Source: Vermamoeba vermiformis
Lineage: Eukaryota
Reading direction: 5' to 3'
NCBI GenBank assembly: GCA_045837725.1
Contig: JBEWZL010000132.1
Location: 248,001-306,436 of the forward strand
Length of the DNA: 58,436 bases
A program made the translations under genes and the position numbers. The stretch's first letter is position 1, and each line of letters starts with the position of its first letter. The notes under the pieces were generated by a model. That model had not been told where the DNA came from, ran no database searches, and saw only the letters and a list, made by a program, of their open reading frames with translations. This document shows, piece after piece, positions 25,601 through 38,586 of the stretch.

Positions 25601-25747
25601 CCATGAAACTTTCAAGACTTTTTGTGGATTCGATTTCAGTTCGCGTCTTGATTTTGATGCATCACCACTCGGGCGATTAAAGAACACTACTACTATAGCA
25701 ATAATAAAGCTCGCTAAAAATAATACGAGCACAACGTCAACTATCAT
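22610..25747 (-). CDS. N-terminally membrane-anchored SIR2_2-type sirtuin domain protein with macro-like and ubiquitin-like C-terminal segments
   Basis: Exon 1 25747-25601 (MIVDVVLVLFLASFIIAIVVVFFN), exon 2 25544-25511 and exon 3 from 25063 are in frame. SIR2_2 motifs: VIPWVGAGVT, VLTTNWDTMLEQAY, LLKLHGD, LVLSHADY, FFFIGTSLRDRDL. Confidence 0.8.
25118..25338 (-). ncRNA. Putative structured intronic ncRNA enclosing the permuted tRNA (nested end-pairing helices, 3' hairpin, oligo-U end)
   Basis: Helices CGCCG/CGGCG, GAGCTGGTT/GACCAGCTT and TGCGC-GTACATC/GATGTAC-T-GCGCA; hairpin 25201-25158; T8 at 25125-25118. Boundaries are approximate. Confidence 0.5.
25221..25293 (-). tRNA. Circularly permuted tRNA (anticodon CUC, nominally Glu), or a permuted tRNA-like module
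   Basis: 3' part 25293-25248: CTCGA-CTCTCAC-TCGAG AGGT CCAGG-TTCGACT-CCTGG CAGGGCC T. Spacer AC. 5' part 25245-25221: GGTCCTG TG GTGT-AACGGTA-GCAC A. Rejoined, these give a 71-nt cloverleaf with all stems paired. Confidence 0.8.
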
Positions 25748-25947
25748 TGGTGCTGATTAAATGAAATACATAATATCAATATAATAATATTAAATACAAT
25801 GCTCTTTCGTCACACTTGATTAGTGTTCGGTGGAGTCGTTCAGTTACAAAAATGGATCGCACAAACCATTCCAAGTTTATTCTGCCTCGGCTTATTTTCA
25901 TTCAACACAAACACAAAATCATTGATAGTCGTAAACAAGGATTATTA

Positions 25948-27101
25948 ATGATGAATCAAACATCTCTAAGGCGAATACAAATCATTACGGAGCAGTTGGT
26001 GCCAACTGGACCATCAGATTCTGCCCAAGGCTTGGAGAGGCTAGATACGCATTGCAAATGCGATGCTAAGCAGACTTATTACGAGTGCCCTCAAGAGTAA
26101 GAGTTAATATTGTAGGTAAGCTTGTAGGTCCCACTAACGCGCTGATCAGGTATGAATGCAACGAGCACCAGCTCAGTTTATTTTTGGGAGGCGGAGTAAC
26201 GGGGTAAGGAAATATATAGCCAACCTATTAAGGAATTTGCCTTTCGAGCCTTAATTTTTCAAATATCGAAATTACGCACGGTGCGGAAATGTAATATTCG
26301 CTTGATCCGGCTCGCCATTAAGAAAAAAACAATGATATTATTGATGTGTATTATATACGATTTATTGCGTTAATTTTCGGCTCTTCGGTCAATCTCATAT
26401 TAACAATCTTAAATTTGTCAGCTGTCCTAACTGGCAAGCGGAAGTGACCGAAAAACTCAAAGTGAAATGTCCGCGATTAATTGTACTCAATCCTAAACGC
26501 GCTAATTTTGATGTCAACGACCACTCATTGCACGATGAACAAATTGGCTGGGAATTTAGACACCTGCGATTAGCCAGTGCCATTATGTTCTGTACGTAGG
26601 AATCATTATTGTATAATTTAATAATAACGTAGGTCATAATGTAACGTTATTAGTTTCGCGGACAGTTCCACATTTAAAATAATTTTTAAGTTAATTTCAT
26701 TTATTGGTGGCACTCTTTCTAAATGAATTAATATTGTAATAGGGTTCCCATGCGAGACACTGTGTCCTATTACATTGTACGAGCTCGGCACGTGGAGTAT
26801 ATTGTCACAGCAAACGGGTGCAAAGTTATTCGTTGGTTGTCACCCCGAGTACAAACGAAAGGTACCTTTATTAGTGACGAATCGTTAACATATAGTGAAA
26901 ATTTAATATGGATGTTCATATAATACTCAAATTAGCTTATTAATCGTATTTACGGCGTGGAAACTAATTGTTATTGTCATTCTCTAGGCTGATGTTGAGA
27001 CCCAAACCAAGCTCGTGCGACCAGATGTGCGCGTAGTGTCGAGCATTGATGCTATTGTGCAGCAAATAACGGACTGGTACATCAACTTGAACGATCATTG
27101 A
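25948..27101 (+). CDS. Nucleoside 2-deoxyribosyltransferase-like protein (Nuc_deoxyri_tr2-type) with PTS2-like N-terminus
   Basis: Spliced motifs LFLGGGVTGCPNWQAEV, VLNPKRANFD, QIGWEFRHLRLA, WFPCETLCPITLYELG, VGCHPEYKRKADV. Confidence 0.8.
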
Positions 27102-27340
27102 GTAATAAATTAGATCAACCAACTGGAGAACCAACTCTAACTCCGGCGAATGATTATGTAAATAAATAAAGTATTGTTATATTATATAAATGAATTCTTA
27201 ATACATTTACCGCATAATTAGTAATTAGCTCGTAAATTCTCGCGAAAGAAATTCGGCAGAACAATTACGTGAACAGAAAATTCGAACAAATTAAAAGACT
27301 TTCAATAACATTATCACCACACCTCTGTATATATATTACC

Positions 27341-29558
27341 ATGTCTGATAATAACAACAGTGCAAAGATTGAGTCCACCATAACGGTGCTCTCGATCAAC
27401 GATGTTTATGAGCTCGTGCCATCCAAGGAAGGCAAAGGCGGTTTGGCACAATTTAAGACCCTCTTAGATAGGGAGAAAGCTTCCGCACAGAATCCGATTA
27501 CCACACTCAACGTAAGCAAATCCGTAACTTGGGAAATTCTAATTTCGCCATCCGAAGCCGAAAAATATTACAATTAATAATCGTACATCATTCACGTACT
27601 ATAATACCATTTAAATTAAAATTCCATGTTTTATACAAACCGCTCCGAATTTTTAACGAATTTTCTAACTAGGGAGACTTCCTCAGCGCATCATATTTGG
27701 CGCAATTATACAAAGGAAAACATATGATCGATATTTTAAATTTAATTGGCAGTAAGTAATCACACAATCGTTCTTTATCTTAAATCTTATTTAACGAACC
27801 GTTTTTCTCAGTTGATTACGTCGTGCCCGGCAATCAGTAAGTATTAAAATAAAATAATACTAATAATATTCATTAAAATTTCGTTTCTAGCGAATTCGAT
27901 TTCGGAGCGGCAGTAACCATGGAACGGATCGCGGAGTCGAAATTTGACTGGCTTTGCAGCAACATTAATCTCACTGATAGCGACAAGATTATGACGGGAT
28001 TGGTTGATACTAAGGTAATTATGATTATACCGGTGTATTGATTTGTATACACAATCTATTTAGTTCATGAATGGATTTGCGATATCGCGTCTAACACAAA
28101 ATTAACATTAAAAACAACGGCAGGTCGTAGATATGAACGGCATTCGTGTCGGATTGTTTGGACTGTGCACGCACGAGACACTATTCTTGTCCTCGCCGGG
28201 CAATCTCATCACCTTCACTCCGTTCTTGACCGCTGCACAAGCCGCGATGGACAAATTGCATCAACGTACGTCAATTCAGTGAATATTTTTACAATATAAG
28301 TCTAATGCATCATATAGAGGATGTCGATGTCATTATTGCCTTGACACATTTATCATTTTCAGAAGATAAAGGTAGGCTGACTATTCAGCTGCAAATGCGT
28401 GTCTAACACAGGTGCAAAACAGAACTGGCCACGCACTTCCCGTCAATTTCACTCATCCTCGGAGGTCACGATCACTCGCCAGTCACTGAAGTACAAGGCG
28501 AGACACTGATTCACAAGTCCGGCCACGACGCACATTACATGGTCCGTGTCGAGTTACACGTTGAAAAAACACTCAGTCGCAATGCCAATCAAGAAGTGAC
28601 CAAGACTGTCAAAGTCGTGCCTGAATGGCGCATGATTCTCAACAAAGGTACGGCGGAACAATTGTTGTTAATGACACCTTAGACTAGATATTAATTCCTT
28701 CACACTAGGTCTCGAAGCCAATCCAGCAGTGCACGACAAGATCATCTCGTACACCAAGGAAATTCCAGCGGAATTTAACAGCACTGTTGCGGTCACTGAG
28801 ACTGAACTCGACAGCCGCACTGATGCGTGTCGGAGTCACGAGACTACGATGGTAAGCCCTGCCTATTATAATATGAATAAGGGTACTAATGTTATATTTA
28901 GGGTAATCTTGTGGCCGATGCAATGCTCGACTCGTTTGAAGCAGATGTAGCGATCTGTAATGCCGGCACTATCAGAGGTGACTCGTTGTACCCTGCTCGC
29001 ACGTTGTTGGCCCAAGCTGATCTCGTGCGCGAATTTCCATTCCCTAACGGCGTCATTGTGATTAAAATCAAAGGAAAGACTTTGTTGGAAGCACTGGAAC
29101 AAGTAAGTTTAGCGCTGGATCTGGCTTGTATTATTTATTCTGATTATATGTCTTTAGGGTCTTTCTAAAGCTGAAAAGAAATTAGGAGCATTTCCACAGT
29201 TGTCTCGCGGCTGCAAGCTTGTTTATTCATCGCATCTGCGTCCAGGCAACAGAATTGAGTCATTTACCTTGAATGGCGTGCCTATTGATCCTGAAGCTGA
29301 CTATAAAGTCTGCTTAACCGGTAAGTCAAATATAACTCATAAAAGTAGTTTGGCGAGCATTTACTAATAGTGCATCCAGAGTATATCCAACGAGGTGGTG
29401 ATGGCTATTCAGTACTTAAGGGCTCAGAGCTCTTGCCGCACCCGAAACAATCGAGATTTGTCTTGGGCATTGTTATGGACTATATGTTGGCTAAAGAGCA
29501 CGTGGCACCCAAACTTGAAGGTCGCATTGTGGATTCAGGTCATAATGAAGCGTTGTAA
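27341..29558 (+). CDS. 5'-nucleotidase (calcineurin-like metallophosphoesterase + 5'-NT C domain), no signal peptide
   Basis: SINDVYEL, GDFLS, VPGNHEFDFG, ALTHL, ILGGHDH, GNLVADAM, NAGTIRGD, FPFPN, YIQRGGDGY. Confidence 0.9.
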
Positions 29559-29851
29559 GCGATATGCATACCCTGATCATATGACTATACCACCTGTTGC
29601 TTAGAATCAACGAGGATGAGGTCAGATCCAGTCCAGTACGCGCACTACACTAGCAGTTCAAATTTCAATTTTCAATCGGAGCATTAACAGCAATTACTAC
29701 TTGTAACTCCTCGTAATATCAGTTAAAGTAATAAAAGACCTTTGAGAGCACGTTGTGTTAGAGGATCTGATTGCGTCACGTGACTTTCAAAATTGAATTG
29801 TTCTTGCGAAATTGCTCAAATGAACAATTTAGAGCGGATCAAGCACCACAA

Positions 29852-32058
29852 ATGCTCGGACGAATATCATTAAAACGAGGACTGACGCACATTGCGCGTA
29901 GTCGGTCTTTGCAAGCTCGGACATTTGTCGGTTTGCAAAGTCAAACCAGATCCGCAACCAATCCTCAAGTTAATGGCTCAAAAAATTCTAGTTTATTCAA
30001 AACTAATACCAAAATGATTGTAACCAATGGCTGGTATAATAACAGTCAAAGAAGAAATTATGGAGTCGAATTGGAAGGAGATGTCTTGGCAAAACCTGTT
30101 CCAGTTGAGCCACAGGCCCCGCCAGCCCCTACTGAAGAAGGTAATAATTATTTAATATTATTTTACGTGGTATATTAGTCTACAGCACGTGTTCATAAAA
30201 TTAGCAAAATTTCCCGTGTGGATCTTGAAATTGAATTTAAATTTAGGTCTGCATTAATTATGCGCTATTAATTATACTAATTTTTCGTATTATTAATACA
30301 GAGAATAATGATTCTCGCGAATTATCACCTCCGGAAATTGTTTCCGTTTTGAACCAACACATTGTCGGCCAAGACGAAGCTAAAAAAGCAGTAGCCATAG
30401 CTATGCGTAAGTAATATAGTATATTTAAATATTTTATTTGAGAATTGGTTTTAATTTCGCGTGACTTTTGTTTTAATTTTCTAAATTAGGAAATCGCTGG
30501 CGCAGGAAGCAGCTGCCCAAAGATATGCGCGATGAAATAATACCAAAAAATATATTAATGATTGGTCCTACTGGCGTGGGCAAAACTGAAGTCGCGCGAC
30601 GACTGGCCAAATTAATTCAAGCTCCGTTCATTAAAGTGCGTATCATATGTTAATTATAGGCTTAATATTAATACTGTATGTTAGGTCGAAGCTACTAAAT
30701 ATACAGAGGTCGGATTTAGAGGCAAAGACGTTGATTCAATTATTCAAGATCTGGTTGAAGTTGGTTTGATCCAAATGAAAGAGTTTGAAGTGCAGCGAAT
30801 TAAGCCTAAAGTCAAGCCATTAGTAGAAGAGAGACTATTAGACCTATTGACCGGCACTGACCCTGCCAATTCTTCAACGTGAGTAGATCCAAGCTAATTT
30901 TTGACACTCTATATTGACGCCTATGACAGTAAGGCCAGAGATCACTTCAGAACGATGCTGCGTGCTGGTCATTTAGAGAGTGTCAATGTCGACATCAGTG
31001 TGCCCGGGGATTCAGTCAATCACGTGGTCACGATGAAATTCAACCCCGCGACAGGTGACTTTGAAGAGACCAGTAAGTCACACTGCAAATTATAATTTAT
31101 AATAAAAAACTAATATTTTGCATTAGAAACACCGCCACAACTTGTGCGCCAAGTGACAGGTGTCATGGAAGCAAAAGTGCGCAAGTCCGTGCCCGTGAAA
31201 GAAGCGCGCAAGATCATTGAGGACGAAGAGATTGAAAAGAAATTGAAGAGCGAGGACATGGTCAAAAAGACATTGAGGGCTGTGGAACAAGACGGCGTGG
31301 TGTTCATTGATGAAATTGACAAGGTACGTGCCTTGGTGTCACTTTGACTTGCCTTATTTGGACATGCCTAACAATGACACCAGATCTGTGGCAATAGCTA
31401 TGCTAAGCACCATGCTGAGGCCTCGACAGTCGGAGTGCAAAGAGATTTGTTGCCGCTGATTGAAGGCACGACTGTCACAACTAAGCGCGGCAATGTTGAC
31501 ACGTCCAAGATATTGTTCATCGCTAGCGGTGCTTTTCATTACTCAAAACCGGCCGATCTCTTGGCTGAATTGCAGGTATGAGATACTATCATACTCTAGA
31601 CTGTCATTGTCAGTATATTTATATGAGTTTATACTATAGGGTCGATTGCCTATTCGTGTCACATTGAGCGCATTGACGCAACACGATTTGTACAGAATTT
31701 TAACTGAACCTCAATTCAACTTGCTCAAACAACAAGTAGCACTCATGAAGACTGAAGGCATTGAATTAACGTACGTATATTCTTATCCTATTATATTATA
31801 TGCACCTTACTTACTATGAGTTGTAGTTTCACTGAAGACAGCATTCAAGAAATCGCACGCATTGCGTATGAAGTGAATCAAACGGTTGAAAATATTGGCG
31901 CGAGAAGACTGCACACTGTGATTGAAAAGATCATGGAGGACTTCAGCTACGATATTAACAAGTTTAAGGGCAAGAATGTAGTTGTGGATGTGGAGCACGT
32001 CAAGAACAAACTTTCTGGTCTGTTAGCGAAGGCCAACTTGCGCCAATCCGTCTTGTAA
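29852..32058 (+). CDS. hslU: Mitochondrial HslU/ClpY AAA+ ATPase
   Basis: R/S-rich presequence, [67 protein letters not shown]. Confidence 0.93.
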
Positions 32059-32111
32059 ATATTCATGTTGATTAGTAAACCTTTTTTTGTGCAGTTGGCG
32101 CGATGCGGGAC

Positions 32112-32146
32112 ACTTGGCCGCTACAGCTGGGGACTTGGCCGCTACA
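32112..32146. repeat. 14-bp direct repeat ACTTGGCCGCTACA x2 upstream of the AFK-like gene
   Basis: Copies at 32112-32125 and 32133-32146. Confidence 0.7.
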
Positions 32147-32277
32147 AAAAATTCTTTGAATTTCTCCTAAATTTCCTTCAAATTTGTGTGAACGATCGTG
32201 ACACTCGTTGCCTTACCGATTCGAAACGCAATGCATTAAACAATAGCAACATTAAATTACAACAACACAATAGAATA

Positions 32278-33764
32278 ATGTCAGCAACAGTGCACGAGAC
32301 GAAGGATCCACAAGCTCAAATGCAAGCGTCAACCAATGTACCACCACCTCCACCAATTGAAGGTAATAATTTAACGAAAAAATATCGTTGTTTAATCAAT
32401 AAATTAGACAGTGACAAGGTGGTAAAGATTCCAACAGAGTTAGAGAAAATTGAAAATAATCCTACTGCCGAAGAAATTAGGAAAGAGTTTGAATATGGTA
32501 CGAAAGAATAATCAATGGTCAATATTTGTATTAATTAAATCAAAACATAGCAAAGGGCAATATTCATTTTCCGCCGAGTGCTTGGACCGAGATTACAGAC
32601 ATCACATCCAGTGCAGACGGTGCTGGCGGCGTGTTCTTCGTTAATGTGCCCCAATCAGGAGGTACTGTTGTAGTGAAGGGCTCTCCTGACATCGTAAAGG
32701 TAACGCCATACAAGTGCTAACAATTTGACACGTGTCACTTACTGGTTTCCGTATTAGGAAGTATTCGCCAGCAGACTCGCATCAATGGTTGGAGTAATAG
32801 CTCCAGATGTACGAGTATTAGACTATAGAAATCCGACGAATGAGTGGAAGATCATGAAGACGCAAATCAAAGAATTCGCAACAAAAGAGAACCGCGATGC
32901 AGACTTGACTAAAGCTCAAAAAGTATTGAAAAGAGCGTTCTTAATAGTGATGGAGGTGTTTCTGGGCACCGATCTTGAGAAAGTCAGAAGACAGACTGCC
33001 GTTGATTTGTTCATAATGGACGATACAAAGACCGAACAAAAGCGCAAAAACACTCGAAGATTGTTGCGCCAAGTAAGCTGCAAGATGGTTAATAGGCGAT
33101 AACTAACTATAAGCCTTGTAGCTTGGTCATTTAGTGGCTTTTGACATGCTGTGTAACAACTGGGACAGACTGCCAGTGATCTGGGACAACGAAGGAAATC
33201 TCCGAAACATTCGAATTGAACACATTGGTGTTAGTGAGCCAAATATTATAGCCTTAGATAATACCATCACTTGTATTATACCCGAGAACTTCAACACGTA
33301 CGAAGAGAAATTGCGCGATTGTTTGACAGCACTGACGACAGATGTTAACTCCGAGTACAAAGGGTACAAAACAGTGCGTGAAGTTCTGTCTTTCACATCT
33401 TCTGTAGAATTCACTGAAAGAGAAACACGAGAGGCACGTATTAATAATTCTAATAGGTTCCGGCGTTGTACTAATAGTAGTACTTTAGATGCAAATTGGT
33501 ACATTAGAAGGTATCATTGAGATCGCAAAGTTGACACCTGACTCACTTTCCAAACTAAAAGAAGGTACGTTTCCAGCGTTATTTTGCATTATCACACGTG
33601 CTAATTGATAAATTATAGAGTTCAGCCATATGGTCGTGCAAGATTGGGAAAATGTTTGGGCCAGTGGCGTTGAGTCGATTAACATTGATTTCTTAACGTC
33701 AGTGATTAATATCATGAAAGAATACGTACCGAGTGCACAAAAGGCACTTGAGCAATGTAAATAA
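32278..33764 (+). CDS. Actin-fragmin kinase-like atypical kinase
   Basis: GAGGVFFV, VVVKGS, EVFASRLA..VGVIAP, AFDMLCNNWDRLPVIWDNEGNLRNI, IALDN. Confidence 0.8.
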
Positions 33765-33846
33765 AGTTGAATTATTCTGTGAAGCTTTCGGCAAAAAACA
33801 TTATTTACATTATTTACAATCCGTTGTCAAAATAAGTTGCGCCGCA

Positions 33847-36800
33847 TTAACGGTCGGTCATATCACCAATATTCAAATCTAAACACGTCAATTAGAACCA
33901 GCCAATCACAATCAAACACAACCGAACGTACCTTTGTCAATGTCTTTCTTTTTCGGTGAAATTGGTGTTTGCGGCACTGGTTCAGCACCTGATTCAGGCT
34001 CTACAGGAGCTATAAAACAACGATTAGTACCTAAACCGATTAACATATCATGTTCCAGCGCGTACCAGGCATGCTAGTCTTGGGCTCCATCTCGATGTTC
34101 TGATTGAAAAATTGTTGTCTGCGTCGCGCTCGTCGTCTTCGGAGTACAATGACAGTCAAAGCAATCGTGCCCGCGACACAGCCAGCCAACATGACCATGA
34201 ACAGCACGAACAAAATAATTGAAATGAAGCCAAATGTCTCGAAGAATCCACCCTCCTGGTCGTCACTACTGGGCGGGTTATATGACCAGCCAGGCGGATA
34301 CGTCGGTAGAACGGGCACGCAAGCCACGGAGGGCGGTACAGTGGGCGTGTAGTTGTCGGTGCAGAAACAATTCGGACCACAGCCAGAACCACCGTCACAG
34401 ACCTCAAAGTTGAGATCGAGGTACAAGTCTCCACAGCCTGTTTGACTCCATGTTAGCTCACGCAAAAGAATCAGCTGATGGCCTTGTGAACTTACTTGAC
34501 GGGACGCATTTGCCGTTAATAGCAACAGTTCCATATTTACACGTGCAATTCGTGTCACAGCTCGAGTCATTGAGGTAATCGCACAGCTCACCAGCCACGA
34601 CAAAGCCATCGCCGCAGGCTTTTAAAAACATGTTAAGCACAGGGACGAACACTGCTTAATATTATTGTCGTGAGGCTTACTTGGTGTACAAGAAGCTAAC
34701 GGTGTCGGCGAGTACGGTGAGTAGCCAGCATAGCACGTGCAATTGTTGCAGTACAGTCCTCCGTCACACTCTTCGCCTGTCACTGCAATGCCGTCACCAC
34801 ATTCTAGCATTGACACGTGTCAGTCAAGTTCACTGAAAAGGTTGTGTGACTTACGTGACACGCAGCCAGTTGACACGGGATTGGTGGGATAAAATCCATT
34901 CTCGCACGTGCAGAACGCACTGCAATGAGGACCGCCGTCACAGTCTTTTGAAGGCTCAGCAATGCCATTACCGCACGTGGTGAATGTGCTGTACACGAGA
35001 TTGGCACTGCCTGGGACTTGCCTTTTTTGGGAACTCTCAGCCCACGTGACCAAAAATCTTTTACGAGACAACGGCAACGCTGAATCGGCTGAACAAAAGG
35101 TCAGCTTGAAAACTTTGAAAACTTTTAAGTTATAGATTACTTACGCTGAATATTTAGTCCCGTGGCTATGCTCTGTGTGGCACTAGTGCTGCCCAGCAAT
35201 CGCGTCGTGAGCTCTGAGCCATTGTTGCTCGAGTACACCGCGAGAGAGGTGTTGTCGTCCAAGTTTGTGACAATCAAGTGATTGGCCCCTGCGACACTAT
35301 CACTGGTCACATTGAGCAGTTGAACACCGCTCAACATGATCTTCAAAATTGAAATGTCGCCGTTAGATTGCACCACACTGATTGTTGCCTGGCCGTTCGT
35401 GTTGCGCGTGAGTGTTAATTGCACCGTGTCGCTGTTCGAGGACAAATTGAACAGCCGCACTGGCGCATTGACCACGCTGTCTGACACGAGCACTGTTCGC
35501 CGCCACAGCACATTGTCTTTGACGTACACTTGCAGCAACACCTCACTGGACAAGAGCAGTGCTGGCGGACTCGTCGAGCTGAAATCAGTGGTCCAGCTCG
35601 TGGTGATTCGTTCAACGCCTTCAGGGTCCGTCAAAATACAATCGGTTGTGTACTGGCCCATCACGTGACTGACACATATGGCAAAATTGTCGTCGACTCC
35701 ATTGGGCAGGATCATGCCGGAAATTCCAATGACAGCTGGCCACAGAGAGTCAGATAAAATTGACAAAATAATAATAGGTGTACTTACAGCTGTTGAATGT
35801 GGCTACAGTGAACATTGTGCTGTCTCCATTTTCAATGCCAATGCTCGTGTAAACAATCTCCGTGTCACCGTTCACTGAATTGATGCGCAACATGGCGAAT
35901 CCTTCAGTCGTTGCTGTGGCGTCCAAGAACGTGCTGTTCATAGCAATGGCGCGTGTCATTACGTCTGTATCGTTATCGCTGTCAACAATTTGAGCTGTCA
36001 GCTCGTTGGTCGTCGTGTTGAAGAAAAATGTCACGTGACTGTCACCATCGTCAGTCGGCAGAGTGCGATAGACGTCATCGCGTGGAAATTCCGACAACCC
36101 AATACTTTCTGTCGTAGCTATGATAGGCCCGGGACCTATTATAAGAAGTTACTATAGTCGAGTACTTTACAGCCTTTGTTGACGTGTGACTTACATGAGC
36201 AGTTGCCCTCTAAGGAGGATGTACAACCAGCAGGGCAGTGACAATTAGCGTCACAATAGGGAGTGCCATCACATTGCTCGACTAGTGGCAGCAGTACTCC
36301 GTCACCGCAGTCTGGTGCATGAAATAAATCATAAGTAATGGGAGTCGAATTTACGATTACCGAAAAAGGAAAATTGAAGCGTTAATTTAAAGTTTATCGG
36401 CAATTAGAATTATATTAGAATTCGTAGTCTTTAAGGCAAGTACTTACATGCTATCTCGATTGACCAACGAAACAAAACTCCATCGTCGACAGCTTCCGAA
36501 TCTACGAAAAGTAATCGCCAAGAGCCCAACGGTGATCGTCCTATTAGTCTGCGCATCTTATTTTGTTGATAGAAGCCTAATGCCGGATACACTCCGTCGC
36601 TCGGCAAAAAGACGCCAGTAACAGACGCTTGTTTGGATCCTTTAAACTCGCCAACCTCGGCACCACTCCAAATAGGGTCAACAGCCGATGTAAACCAAAA
36701 CATCTCGTTGGCAGTGACGTTGCCGAGATATTTAAGCGAACTGGATCCGGCCATGTTTACGTGTCGGAGCAAAGTGATTGAAGTGCTTAACGGAGAAAAA

Positions 36801-37265
36801 GTAAGCAGATCCGATGCAGTGTCGTTATATGAACCGTTTATCGGACCTCTCCACTCACTCCATGGCGGTAATAAATGGACTATAATCCAACAATCGTTAA
36901 TTAATGACAACAGATCCGAAGGTTGAGAAATTCCGAATTTCAGTTCTTTACCTTCAAAACTAATTCGAGTTTATATTTATAAAAATCATAAACCAAATAT
37001 TCAAATATAAATTTGTCCGATTATTAAAGCTGGAAATTAAATTTCAGTATATACCTTCCAAATCTTGCGGCCACGCGTGTGCTGCCATTATACCAACTCT
37101 TATTGCTTGAATAGGTTGATCAGCATCAATATATATACTATCTGCCAATGTAAATGCCAAATCATCGAGATGTAGGCCTTGAGATGCGGTAAAAGTTCTG
37201 ATCGCGTGACTAGTTACAAGCCACTGCCCCAGAACCAATACTAGCAATAGCCTCAGCGATATCAT
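33847..37265 (-). CDS. Type I membrane surface protein: signal peptide, proprotein-convertase P-domain-like region, cysteine-rich CGDG..E.CD repeats, TM helix, basic stop-transfer
   Basis: MISLRLLLVLVLG; AAHAWPQDL...GSWRLLFVDSEAVDDGVLFRWSIEI; repeats such as CGDGIAVTGEECDGG; TM followed by RRRRARRR. Confidence 0.7.
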
Positions 37266-37413
37266 TTGCTTATCGCCTACGACTTGTTGTGTCGTATTCT
37301 TTGTAAAGATGAAAGACCGTTTCGGAAACTGTTCTTTTTTATCCAGGGCGCGATCCCAGACCAAAAAAATTGTCGCAATCATTAGCGATTCATTCTGCAT
37401 TAATTTCCCAACC

Positions 37414-38586
37414 ATGGAACACGTTGAAAAGTACATACAGTTGGCATCTGATTATTTGCCACCTGGTTGGGGCACCAAGTGGTCGTACGGCGTACCCACA
37501 ACTTGGCGAGATCCAGCAGCTGATTGGTGGCTTAGAGATTCGCTCACTGAAATATTCTCGCAGCCTATTGTTGGCATACTTAGCTTGATCCATTTATTGG
37601 CTGTAGTATGCAAATACAAACCCCTTGTTCAAAATCAAGTAAGCTTCAATTTGAATTACCGCCAATTCTAATTTATTTCAAAAAATATCTAATAATTTTA
37701 AATATAGTTCTGGTTCGTTCAAATTCTTATTTGCACGATCGGGGCACGTTCTGGAGAGACCTTGAGAGGTAACAAATTAAAATAATAATTTTTTCATGAA
37801 CTTCGTATTAATTACTTCGAATAGCCATCGTGTTAGGTGTTCGTCCTCGATGGATCGACTCAAATGAGATTATTCCTATGGTTGCTCTTGTGTGGTACGA
37901 AAATATCTCGCGATGGAGCAACGAGCAATTGTTCTAATTATTTTCTGATTATTCAGGTACTCTATGACTTATTTCCCGTTCGATTTATTGTACAAACTTG
38001 TTAGCAACACATTTGTATTGGTAAGATCATTAGTAGACTATACAATAGCCAGATCTAACTCCGCCTCGATCCACAGAAATTGTTGAACGCGTTGGACTCA
38101 GGCAGCTTTGTTGTCAGCGTGTTTGGTGGCATTGATCTCGCCATTAAGCTCTATCCAGGCTCGTATGTCGCGCCAGTGCTCATTGGTTACATTTCGGGCA
38201 TTGCTGGCGCATTAGTGTTTGACACTACGACCAAGTTGATTCTCGGATTTAACGCCAAGAGCAGCGAATTGACAGTGCCCACATGGTCTACTCGCGCTGC
38301 ATTCATCGTGACTGGATTTTACCTCGTTGCTGTCGATCCGCTCGGCAAGTTCTTCGCTGTGCCTTTGGTGACACGTGAACTCGCTATTTTGATCACGTAC
38401 CTCTTCTTGTTCACGCGCACCATGCTCACACTGCCCTTTGGTGACTCGTTCAATCCATTCCCGTTCAATGTGATCGAGTACTTGTTCTACGCCATCACGC
38501 GAATTCGTGTCCAAGCACCTGTCACCACTGCACCTGCTGCGAGCAAGAAAGAATTGAACTACATTATCAAGCCCAAGAAAGAATAA
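37414..38586 (+). CDS. TRIC/TMEM38-like trimeric intracellular cation channel
   Basis: VWYSMTYFPFDLLYKLV, GGIDLAIKLYPGSYVAPVLIGYISGIAG, SELTVPTW; multi-TM. Confidence 0.72.

Noticed and set aside
29852-32058. Bacterial-like HslU as contamination or recent HGT
   Set aside because: It has many spliceosomal introns and a mitochondrial presequence, and mitochondrial HslUV is established in many protists.
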